This document shows positions 21,001 through 29,924 of a stretch of DNA of 64,000 nt, in pieces. Source of the DNA: Eledone cirrhosa (lineage: Eukaryota); contig OZ024764.1 in NCBI GenBank assembly GCA_964016885.1, positions 3,162,001 to 3,226,000 on the forward strand, in the 5' to 3' direction. Within the stretch, counting starts at the first letter, position 1. Each line of letters starts with the position of its first letter. The notes beneath the pieces were generated by a model, which saw nothing but the letters and a program-made list of their open reading frames with translations, was not told the origin of the DNA and did not search any database. A program made the position numbers and the translations under genes.

Positions 21001-23622
21001 TGCGCGTCATAATGACGTAATGCAGACAGCCAGACATACAGACAGATATTATAAGGGCGCAACGTTATATCTATGTATCTATCTAAAGAGAAAGACTAAG
21101 AATTATAGAGAGAGAACGCTAAATCGCCTAATGCGGTCCCTAGGGCATTGAAAATTTGAAATTATTTTTGCTCAAAACACTCACAGGACCATAAGTATTA
21201 CATGTCTAAAGTTTGAAAACAATCGGTTGAATGGTTCTCAAGTTTTAGTGAGCTGACAGACAGACAGACATTCTCTGTTTTAGATATATAGACTAGCAGA
21301 AAACCGCCCCCGGGTGGTTTTCTGCTAGTCTATATATATAAAACTGAGGATGTCTGTCTGTGTGTGTGTGAGTTTGAATCCCTAAAACTCGAGAACCACC
21401 CAACTGACTGTTTTCAAACTTTACACATGTAATACTTATGTTTCAGGGAGTGTTCTGAGCAAAAAAATTTTCAAATTTTCAATGCCCTAGGGACCGCATT
21501 AGGCGATTTAGCGATCTCTCTCTATAATTCTTAGTCTTTCTCTTTTTAGATAGATACATACATATAACGTCGCGCCCTTATAATATCTGTCTGTATGTCT
21601 GCTGTCTACATTACGTCACTTCCCTGAGAATGTCTGTCTGTGTGAGTTTGAATCCCTAAAACTCGAGAAGTACCCAACTGATTCTTTTCAAACTTTACAT
21701 GTGTATTACAACTTTTTTATCTCCTAGGGTCCGCATTAGGTGAAAAACTGCGTTTTTTCAAGTTTTTAGGGCTAATTTGAGGTGTTACGTCAGGCCGATT
21801 TCCTTAAAATTGTAACTATGTATTAGTCAGTCTCTTCTTCATACCGTGAGCAAAGAAAATCCAGCTTTTTTAAGGCCTAGGGCCTGCATTAGGTGAAAAA
21901 CTTTTTTTGAGCTTTTTAGGGCTTTTAGGAGGCATTATGTCTAGCTGCTTTTCCCGAAATTTCAAGGCATATTATGCACATAAAAAAAATGTATTTTCTT
22001 GATCCCCTAGGGCCCACATTAGGCGAAAACCTGCATTTTTCCTGCTTCATCGAGATAAATCTTAAAGATTATCCAGCCATCAGAGTATTCTGTTTATTTT
22101 CTTTACATATTGTCCAGGCATGCAGTTTTTCCACGATTAGGTCTGTTGGCGGCCCCCCGCGTCCCAAAATACCTTATCCCGTGCAACGCCGGGTACCACT
22201 GCTAGTTATTAATATAACTCTTTCCCACATAAACACATAGCCAGAAATTTAGAGGAAGGGTATGTCAAATATATCAAGCCCAGTACTTTTATCAGCCCCA
22301 GAAGAATGGATGACATGACAATTGAATCAAAGGATGGTTGGGACTAAACAAATTCTCTTTAAAATGATTAAGTAGTTATTTTTTAGTGTAGGTGTGTTAT
22401 AGTGACCAACAGTGACATGCAGGAAGGATATAGTGGATAAGAATGTGTGATGATGTAGTCCTAGATACACTTAGGTGTGAATAAATGATGGGATTGTCAT
22501 AGCTAGATCATTAATTATAGGTCTGCTGGATCTGGACTGACCTAGGGCTAAACAATAACAACTAGAAGGAAAGACACATTAAATAATGTAGTCCTAGGTA
22601 CACTGTGTCTGTATATAAGACAGGACACATTAGATAATGTAGTCCTAGGTACACTGTGTCTGTATATAAGACAGGACACATTAGATAGTGTAGTCCTAGA
22701 TACACTGTGTCTGTATATAAGACAGGACACATTAGATAATGTAGTCCTAGGTAGACTGTGTCTGTATATAAGACAGGACACATTAGATAATGTAGTCCTA
22801 GGTAGACTGTGTCTGTATATAAGACAGGACACATTAGATAATGTAGTCCTAGGTACACTGTGTCTGTATATAAGACAGGACACATAGATAATGTAGTCCT
22901 AGATACACTGTGTCTGTATATAAGACAGGACACATTAGATAATGTAGTCCTAGATACACTGTGTCTGTATATAAGACAGGACACATTAGATAATGTAGTC
23001 CTAGGTACACTGTGTCTGTATATAAGACAGGACACATTAGATAGTGTAGTCCTAGATAGACTGTGTCTGTATATAAGACAGGACACATTAGATAATGTAG
23101 TCCTAGGTACACTGTGTCTGTATATAAGACAGGACACATTAGATAATGTAGTCCTAGGTAGACTGTGTCTGTATATAAGACAGGATGGTCACAGCTGGAA
23201 CATCTTTTATCAGGATTGATCTGGGGCTAAACGACAAGAAAGGATATATAACCACAAATAACACTACCACTGCCAACAACACCCTCACCACCACCACCAA
23301 CAACATCCCCACCACCAAGAACAACACCCCCAACCCCATCAACACCATCAACACCAACACCACCACCAACAAACACTCCCACCGCCAACAACACCCCACC
23401 ACCACCAACAACAACACCCCACCACCACCAACAACAACACCCCACCACCACCACCAACAACAACACTCCCACCTCCAACATCACCACCAACAACAAGAAC
23501 ACCACCACCACCACCAACAACAACAACAAATACCAGAAGGACTACATACCTGCAGCTTCCATATATTCATCAAAATTCTCGCTGCTCACCAGCTTCCATT
23601 TACGACACAGTTTAGCAGACAT
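7716..23622 (-). CDS. FABP: Fatty acid-binding protein (FABP / intracellular lipid-binding protein), spliced CDS join(23622-23550,19356-19169,13457-13356,7769-7716), 138 aa
   Basis: [138 protein letters not shown]. All introns GT-AG, phases 1/0/0, exon sizes 73/188/102/54 versus the canonical FABP 73/173/102/~54; motifs [20 protein letters not shown] and R-x-Y. Confidence 0.93.
8150..8470 (+). mobile_element. CORE-type SINE copy (internal deletion)
   Basis: Same sequence as 5930-6262; lacks the CCCTATCATTCCACTGCAAAG segment; (ATG)n tail. Confidence 0.88.
8530..8875 (-). mobile_element. RTE-clade LINE 3' UTR fragment
   Basis: (CAT)n tail on plus strand, GGATGCCCTTCCTAACACCAACCACATTTACAGTG motif, homologous to 10840-11572. 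Confidence 0.7.
8895..10510 (-). mobile_element. RTE-clade LINE 3' fragment containing an expanded 48-bp array
   Basis: Tail and GGATGCCCTTCC motif at 8895-9060; 3'UTR/ORF-end homology at 10320-10510 to 11230-11400. Confidence 0.72.
9050..10320. repeat. 48-bp tandem array (~26 units)
   Basis: Unit ACCTACATGACCACTTTACAGTGTGGACTGGGTACTTTTTGTTGTGAC; explains the 449-aa repetitive ORF. Confidence 0.95.
10530..10826 (+). mobile_element. Non-autonomous element with RTE-type 3' tail (second copy on minus strand at ~26441-26780)
   Basis: GTTAGGAAGGGCATCCAGCTGTAG...CCCATGCTAGC...GGATGTAAAACGG(TGA)n; near-identical reverse copy at 26441-26780. Confidence 0.7.
10840..11572 (-). mobile_element. 5'-truncated RTE-clade LINE (ORF C-terminus + 3' UTR + (GAT)n tail)
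   Basis: Minus strand encodes [38 protein letters not shown]..., a typical RTE C-terminal motif; near-identical copy at 33014-33697. Confidence 0.85.
11685..13230. repeat. ~67-bp tandem array switching to a 131-bp dimeric unit at its right end
   Basis: Unit GTGACCAGTGGTCAACAGAGAGACAATACACAAGGTGTGTGACAGGTAGATGATATATAATGCCTCA; 131-bp period from ~12720. Confidence 0.95.
13356..13457 (-). CDS. FABP: FABP coding exon 3 ([34 protein letters not shown])
   Basis: Acceptor TCTTTCACCAG|GTT, donor ATG|GTAAGG; exactly 102 nt, as in canonical FABP exon 3. Confidence 0.92.
13530..13955 (+). mobile_element. Decayed RTE-like LINE 3' end with C-terminal zinc-finger remnant
   Basis: Encodes [17 protein letters not shown] followed by a short tail (GTACTCGAAAACGAGTTGGCAGCCACCAT). 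Confidence 0.55.
14018..14576 (+). mobile_element. Non-autonomous Helitron
   Basis: A|TC 5' end (TCTTTATATATATAAAA), subterminal hairpin CCCGAGCAACGCCGGG, 3' CTAG|T, no TSD. Confidence 0.85.
15053..15123 (-). ncRNA. Type I hammerhead ribozyme motif (FABP intron, sense)
   Basis: UAUUUUAU-CUGAUGA-[GAAC...UAUCGUCC/GGAUGAUA...UUUU]-GAAA-UGCGCA-UA^AUAAAAUA; perfect 8-bp stem I. Confidence 0.75.
15615..19032. repeat. 52-bp tandem minisatellite (~66 units)
   Basis: Unit CTCTAGATGTCACCTATTCTGCTAGACTATCTTATGATAGCCATATCAGAGA with a few diagnostic variants (GA/TG, A/G). Confidence 0.97.
19169..19356 (-). CDS. FABP: FABP coding exon 2
   Basis: Acceptor TTATATTTACAG|GT (completes a Gly codon), donor AAG|GTAAGG; 188 nt; encodes W-T-I-K-T...[13 protein letters not shown]. 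Confidence 0.92.
19503..20536 (+). repeat. 78-bp tandem array (~13 units) inside a truncated TTAA-flanked MITE
   Basis: Begins TTAACCCTTTAGCAT; unit ACATTACTCTATATATACTATTGTATTTTCACAGTAAAGGCTTTACCTCACATAATATCTCACATAACATTT; same unit as 27847-29339. Confidence 0.93.
20580..20773 (+). mobile_element. CR1-type LINE 3' tail fragment
   Basis: Matches 43010-43175 (CAACACTACACCT...GTGCACCTGAGCACTGTACACAATA); its tail AATTTCA|TTATT is split by the Helitron. Confidence 0.8.
20774..22205 (+). mobile_element. Composite non-autonomous Helitron with a large internal palindrome
   Basis: A|TC start, 3' hairpin CCCGTGCAACGCCGGG + CTAG|T; removing it restores the CR1 tail; inverted arms ~21015-21305 / 21315-21617. 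Confidence 0.8.
22575..23185. repeat. 51-bp tandem array (~12 units)
   Basis: Unit CATTAGATAATGTAGTCCTAGGTACACTGTGTCTGTATATAAGACAGGACA. Confidence 0.95.
23260..23530. repeat. (CAC/CAA)n low-complexity tract
   Basis: Degenerate trinucleotide repeat directly adjacent to the FABP exon 1 donor. Confidence 0.9.
23550..23622 (-). CDS. FABP: FABP coding exon 1 ([25 protein letters not shown])
   Basis: AAG-ATG context, in-frame TAA at -9; donor CAG|GTATGT; 73 coding nt; upstream acceptor TTTTTTGTTTTATCAAG| puts the exon start at 23642. Confidence 0.93.
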
Positions 23623-23689
23623 CTTAGCTTAATCACCACACCCTTGATAAAACAAAAAATATAGAAAACGATACGAGTTTAAATAAGTT

Positions 23690-24030
23690 TAAATATTTGA
23701 AAGCCCTACAATGCATACAATGTTAAAAGTGCCAAGGTAATAGGAGTTATAGAGGAAAGAATGAGGACGATAGAATTTTACCTTAGCACATTTATTTATC
23801 TCAAATATTTTCGGGCTCAAAAGCCCTTTGTCAAGAGAGGACCTGTGTGTAGCTGTTCAAAGAACAATTGGAGAAGAGTTGTTTTGATTTCAGATTTTAA
23901 ACCCGAAAATATTTGAGATAAATAAATTTGCTAAGGTAAAATGTTATCGTCCTCACTCTTTCTTCTATAACTCCAATTACCTTGGCACTTTTAATCTATG
24001 CATTGTAGGGCTTTCAAACTTATTTAAATT
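23690..24030. mobile_element. Palindromic Penelope-like element (~120-bp inverted arms)
   Basis: Left arm TTTGAAAGCCCTACAATGCAT...CTCAAATATTTTCGGG is the reverse complement of right arm CCCGAAAATATTTGAG...ATGCATTGTAGGGCTTTCAAA. Confidence 0.7.
23789..23838 (-). ncRNA. Variant minimal hammerhead motif (U3/A8 core)
   Basis: UCUC-UUGACAA-A-GGGC(UUUUGA)GCCC-GAAA-AUAU-UU^GAGA; 4-bp stem I, GC-rich stem II, palindromic stem III. Confidence 0.5.
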
Positions 24031-24167
24031 TGTATTTCCTATTCTACAATGCTTCAAGGAAACTACAACACTCTGATATAAAACAGTGTTGTCTCTGATC
24101 GAGATGAAGCAAGAGTGTATCTGACTCATATAGAAATGAGAAAACTTATCACTGGAACAGCCATTAA

Positions 24168-24346
24168 CGCTTTAGCATTTAAACCGGCCATATCCAGCCA
24201 GAATTCTCTCACCCTTTTCTGATTAAACTGGCTGTAACTGGCCAAAATAAATAACCTAAAAATCTCATAGATTCGATATTATGTGAGATAAAGTATTTAC
24301 CACAAAAATACAATAGTAAATGTAGAGTCATGTAAATGTTAAAGGG
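24168..24346 (-). mobile_element. Short TTAA-associated (piggyBac-like) MITE, unexpanded copy
   Basis: Ends (TTAA)CGCTTTAGCATTTA ... TAAATGTTAAAGGG; reverse-complement homolog of 27847-29339 with a single degenerate copy of the 78-bp unit. Confidence 0.7.
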
Positions 24347-24369
24347 TGTCAAAGACAGCAATGGGCAAA

Positions 24370-24930
24370 AATGTCTCAGAGGACAGGGACCAGTGACCAG
24401 TGGTCAACAGAGAGACAATCCACATGGTGGGTGACAGGCATATGATATATGATGTCTCAGAGGACAGAGACCAGTGGTCAGTGGTCAACAGAGAGACAAT
24501 CCACAAGGTGGGTGACAGGCAGATGATATATAATGTCTCAGAGGACAGAGACCAGTGACCAGTGGTCAACAGAGAGACAATCCACATGGTGGGTGACAGG
24601 CAGATGATATATAATGTCTCAGAGGACAGAGACCAGTGACCAGTGGTCAACAGAGAGACAATCCACATGGTGGGTGACAGGCAGATGATATATAATGTCT
24701 CAGAGGACAGAGACCAGTGACCAGTGGTCAACAGAGAGACAATCCACAAGGTGGGTGACAGGCAGATGATATATAATGTCTCAGAGGACAGAGACCAGTG
24801 ACCAGTGGTCAACAGAGAGACAATCCACAAGGTGGGTGACAGGCAGATGATATATAATGTCTCAGAGGACAGAGACCAGTGACCAGTGGTCAACAGAGAG
24901 ACAATCCACAAGGTGGGTGACAGGCAGATG
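24370..24930. repeat. 81-bp tandem array (~7 units), same family as 11685-13230
   Basis: Unit ATGTCTCAGAGGACAGAGACCAGTGACCAGTGGTCAACAGAGAGACAATCCACAAGGTGGGTGACAGGCAGATGATATATA. Confidence 0.94.
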
Positions 24931-25196
24931 AAATATAATCTAAGGGGGTGGTAGAGTTGATATAATAGTATATTAAATATCAAGGTGTCTTTGGCCCTAG
25001 GGTTACCTCCCTACTCACCACCATAGACGCTGAGCTGGGTACCCGCAGGTGTGAGCCTCACGAGATGGAATGGCTCTTCCAGCACATCTCCCTTACCATC
25101 CTCCGGGGAAACACCTTCTCCATTCTGTCCACTAGGGCCATGGGGTGGCCAGCACGAGCTCGTGGGACCCCATCTGCTCATATAACGGGGGAGGGC

Positions 25197-26085
25197 GATG
25201 ACAGCGGGAGTTTGGCTCCTCTGTGTCAAGACCTGGTGTACATGTGAGATGGGGAGGGTGAGAGAGATGGAGGTGATGACAGTGGGAGTTTGGCTCCTCT
25301 GTGTCAGGACCTGGTGTACATGTGAGATGGGGAGGGTGAGAGAGATGGAGGTGATGACAGCGGGAGTTTGGCTCCTCTGTGTCAGGACCTGGTGTAATGT
25401 GAGATGGGGAGGGTGAGAGAGATGGAGGTGATGACAGCGGGAGTTTGGCTCCTCTGTGTCAGGACCTGGTGTACATGTGAGATGGGGAGGGTGAGAGAGA
25501 TGGAGGTGATGACAGCGGGAGTTTGGCTCCTCTGTGTCAGGACCTGGTGTACATGTGAGATGGGGAGGGTGAGAGAGATGGAGGTGATGACAGTGGGAGT
25601 TTGGCTCCTCTGTGCCAGGACCTGGTGTACATGTGAGATGGGGAGGGTGAGAGAGATGGAGGTGATGACAGCGGGAGTTTGGCTCCTCTGTGTCAGGACC
25701 TGGTGTAATGTGAGATGGGGAGGGTGAGAGAGATGGAGGTGATGACAGTGGGAGTTTGGTTCCTCTGTGTCAGGACCTGGTGTACATGTGAGATGGGGAG
25801 GGTGAGAGAGATGGAGGTGATGACAGCGGGAGTTTGGCTCCTCTGTGCCAGGACCTGGTGTACATGTGAGATGGGGAGGGTGAGAGAGATGGAGGTGATG
25901 ACAGTGGGAGTTTGGTTCCTCTGTGTCAGGACCTGGTGTACATGTGAGATGGGGAGGGTGAGAGAGATGGAGGTGATGACAGCGGGAGTTTGGCTCCTCT
26001 GTGCCAGGACCTGGTGTACATGAGAGATGGGGAGGGTGAGAGAGATGGAGGTGATGACAGTGGGAGTTTGGCTCCTCTGTGTGCC
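25197..26085. repeat. 78-bp purine-rich tandem array (~11 units)
   Basis: Unit GATGACAGCGGGAGTTTGGCTCCTCTGTGTCAGGACCTGGTGTACATGTGAGATGGGGAGGGTGAGAGAGATGGAGGT. Confidence 0.95.
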
Positions 26086-26274
26086 AGACTATTATAGAAC
26101 TTTAAAGATGAGAATTTACTTCCACAACTGTGCATGCCTTCGTTTTATATATAAATATAGTAAAATACAAACTTTATTATATTTATCTATACATGTGTGG
26201 ACAGCTCACACCTATGCAGCTTTAGCTGGCCTCCTCCAAGGTATATATCGTTGGAGGTGTCTTGGGTAATTTAA

Positions 26275-26440
26275 TGATAGGGTCCCCAGTCGTATCATTT
26301 CATTTCTACAGCTGAGTAAACTGGAGCAATGTGAAATAAAGTGTCTTGCTCAAGGAAACAACACATCACCCGGTCTGAGAATTGAACTCACAACCTTTCG
26401 ATTGCAAGCCCAATGTTCTAACCACTAAGCTATGTGCCTT
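26275..26440 (-). mobile_element. CORE-type SINE, 5' half
   Basis: Reverse complement of the tRNA head + CORE of 5930-6100. Confidence 0.8.
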
Positions 26441-27414
26441 CATCATCATCATCACCGTTATACGTCCGTTCTTCCACGCTAGCATGGGTTAGACGGGTTG
26501 TCCTGTTGTGGGCAGTGTCTGGTCGGCTGACCATGCCTTGCTCATACGGGAACTGATCTGGCTTGATTTCTACAGCTGGATGCCCTTCCTAACACCAACC
26601 TCATTTACAGTGAGTGCTGGATGCTTTTTCGTGGCGCCTACACGTCCACTTTACAGTGTGGGCTGGGTGCTTTTTTGCCGGGGCACCTCCACGACCACCT
26701 TGCTGTGGAGGGTGTGGGGCCATATTGTCTATATGCTTCAGCTTATACCCATGGGAGGTCGGGTACTCTGTATTACTACTACTTCACATATATATATATA
26801 TATACATAGTATATATTATATTATTTATTATCTATAAATTAACGATTGTATTAATTATATGTTATTTACAGTTTGGGTGTAGGCAGGTCTCTCTGGAAAT
26901 AGGGTTGGGGGGGTGCTGAGGGTATTATCTGGTTGTGAGGGAGACAGGGCCCCAAAAGTTTGAGAACCTCTGGTCTAGATTATCAACAATAGGGAGATTG
27001 TCATGTCTTTGACATATGTGAAGGGCCCTCCTAGTTTGGCAGGTCTTCTATGGCTGGATACTCTTCCTATCACTAACCACTTTACAGGGTGTACTGGGTG
27101 TGTTTACTGTGTAGATCACCTAACACTAGGGAGGTTGTCATGTCCTTCACACAACTGAAGGGTCCTTCCGACCCTTTGTTTGGCAAGCTTGGAACATAAC
27201 TTAACAAAGGTTCATATGTAAAATTATAATGGGAAATTTTTAGATAAACAATTTGGTATCAAAGGGGTTAAAGAGGGTGTTTGGAACATAACTTAACAAA
27301 GGTTTTTAAATAAATATAAACAATTAAAAACAAGCAGTTTTATATCACAGAACCAGGAGTGTTTGGAAAATAACTTAAGATAGGTCCTTAGATAAAGTTA
27401 ATTATGTTCGGAAG

Positions 27415-27846
27415 TTTTTAGATAAATATAAACACTTTAACCCTTTCATTACCCTATTTCTAATGAAAGACACTGTTGGTGTTTGGAACATAACTTAACA
27501 AAGTTTCTTACATAAAATTATGATGGAACGTTTTTAGATAAATATAAACACTTTAACCCTTTCATTACCATATTTCTAATGAAAGACACTGTTGGTGTTT
27601 GGAACATAACTTAACAAAGTTTCTTACATAAAATTATGATGGAACGTTTTTAGATAAATATAAACACTTTAACCCTTTCATTACCATATTTCTAATGAAA
27701 GACACTGTTGGTGTTTGGAACATAACTTAACAAAGTTTCTTACATAAAATTATGATGGAACGTTTTTAGATAAATATAAACACTTTAACTCTTTCAATAC
27801 CATATTTCTAATGAAAGACACTGTTGGTGTTTGGAACATAACTTAA
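27415..27846. repeat. 116-bp tandem repeat (~3.7 units) of a TTAACCCTT-ended MITE segment
   Basis: GTTTGGAACATAACTTAAC recurs at 27481, 27597 and 27713; each unit contains TTAACCCTTTCATTACC. Confidence 0.85.
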
Positions 27847-29339
27847 CCCTTTAACATTTACATTACTCTATATAAACTATTATATTTTAACAGTAAAGGC
27901 TTTACCTCACATAATATTTTACATTACTCTATATATACTATTGTATTTTCACAGTAAAGGCTTTACCTCACATAATATCTCACATAACATTTACATTACT
28001 CTATATATACTATTGTATTGTCACAGTAAAGGCTTTACCTCACATAATATCTCACATAACATTTACATTACTCTATATATACTATTGTATTGTCACAGTA
28101 AAGGCTTTACCTCACATAATATCTCACATAACATTTACATTACTCTATATATACTATTGTATTTTCACAGTAAAGGCTTTACCTCACATAATATCTCACA
28201 TAACATTTACATTACTCTATATATACTATTGTATTTTCACAGTAAAGGCTTTACCTCACATAATATCTCACATAACATTTACATTACTCTATATATACTA
28301 TTGTATTGTCACAGTAAAGGCTTTACCTCACATAATATCTCACATAACATTTACATTACTCTATATATACTATTGTATTGTCACAGTAAAGGCTTTACCT
28401 CACATAATATCTCACATAACATTTACATTACTCTATATATACTATTGTATTTTCACAGTAAAGGCTTTACCTCACATAATATCTCACATAACATTTACAT
28501 TACTCTATATATACTGTTGTATTTTCACAGTAAAGGCTTTACCTCACATAATATCTCACATAACATTTACATTACTCTATATATACTGTTGTATTTTCAC
28601 AGTAAAGGCTTTACCTCACATAATATCTCACATAACATTTACATTACTCTATATATACTGTTGTATTTTCACAGTAAAGGCTTTACCTCACATAATATCT
28701 CACATAACATTTACATTACTCTATATATACTATTGTATTGTCACAGTAAAGGCTTTACCTCACATAATATCTCACATAACATTTACATTACTCTATATAT
28801 ACTATTGTATTGTCACAGTAAAGGCTTTACCTCACATAATATCTCACATAACATTTACATTACTCTATATATACTATTGTATTTTCACAGTAAAGGCTTT
28901 ACCTCACATAATATCTCACATAACATTTACATTACTCTATATATACTGTTGTATTTTCACAGTAAAGGCTTTACCTCACATAATATCTCACATAACATTT
29001 ACATTACTCTATATATACTGTTGTATTTTCACAGTAAAGGCTTTACCTCACATAATATCTCACATAACATTTACATTACTCTATATATACTGTTGTATTT
29101 TCACAGTAAAGGCTTTACCTCACATAATATCTCACATAACATTTACATTACTCTATATATACTATTGTATTGTCACAGTAAAGACTTTACCTCACATAAT
29201 ATCAAATCTATGAGATTTAGATATTATTTATTTTGAGAACAATACCTTAACATCAGTACGAGCGGCCAGTTACAGCTGGTTTGAACAGAAAGAGGTGAGA
29301 GAATTCTGGCAAGATATGGCTGGTTTAAATGCTAAAGGG
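27847..29339 (+). mobile_element. TTAA-associated (piggyBac-like) MITE with an internal 78-bp array (~17 units)
   Basis: TTAA|CCCTTTAACATTTA ... TAAATGCTAAAGGG|TTAC terminal inverted repeats; array 27855-29200. Confidence 0.8.
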
Positions 29340-29549
29340 TTACAGGCCACTGCAGCACTAGAACTACACTAGCAAGGAACCCAAACTCACCCTGGGTACT
29401 ATAAGACACAGGACGAGTTTCTGGGACAAAAATTCTGACTAATAAATTGTCAAATACCTTAACTGTTTAACGAGGTCTAGTTTGGACCCCTGGAGTTTGG
29501 GGTTATTGACTCTGCCGGTGTTAATACAGAATTTAATGTTAGTACTCAC

Positions 29550-29691
29550 GTCTAGTAATCCCTGGGTTGTGTTAGTCCTTGGTTTGAACCAGCAGTTCCT
29601 ATCAGCTTTGGGTGATAATGAAGTTGTAAGTAATCCTGTTGTCTCTTCGTCTAATTTTCTATTTGTCTGTCAGTCTGTCTCTCTGTCTGTC

Positions 29692-29724
<33 letters not shown>

Positions 29725-29889
29725 CTCTGTCTTTCTCTGTCTGTCTCTCTGTCTCTCTGTCTTTCTCTGTCTCTCTGTCTCTCTCTGTCTCTCTCTCTGT
29801 CTCTCTGTCTCTCTCTGTCTGTCTCTCTCTGTTTGTGTGTCTGTCAGTAAAATGCTTTAAATTTCTAACAGGAGCAAATATGAATGACT
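29550..29889 (-). other. FABP: Probable non-coding first exon (5' UTR) of FABP
   Basis: Starts at a putative initiator ~31 nt below the TATA box, contains no ATG, includes a GA/GACA microsatellite, and ends GAC|GTGAGT; a matching acceptor lies at 23643. Confidence 0.6.
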
Positions 29890-29913
29890 GGCTGTCTCTG
29901 GTGGTTTCTAATG

Positions 29914-29920
29914 TTTTATA
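29914..29920 (-). promoter_or_regulatory. TATA box (TATAAAA) with initiator-like CCAGTCATTC at about +1 = 29889
   Basis: Minus strand CTATAAAACATTAGAAACCACCAGAGACAGCCAGTCATTC; the first T is 31 nt upstream of the A in CCAGT. Confidence 0.6.
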
Positions 29921-29924
29921 GTGA

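Noticed and set aside
19540-29236. 346-aa and 431-aa ORFs with 26-aa repeats (HSKGFTSH...) resembling zinc-finger spacing
   Set aside because: They are 78-bp arrays inside a MITE, lack the C-x2-C/H-x3-H pattern, and lie antisense within FABP introns.
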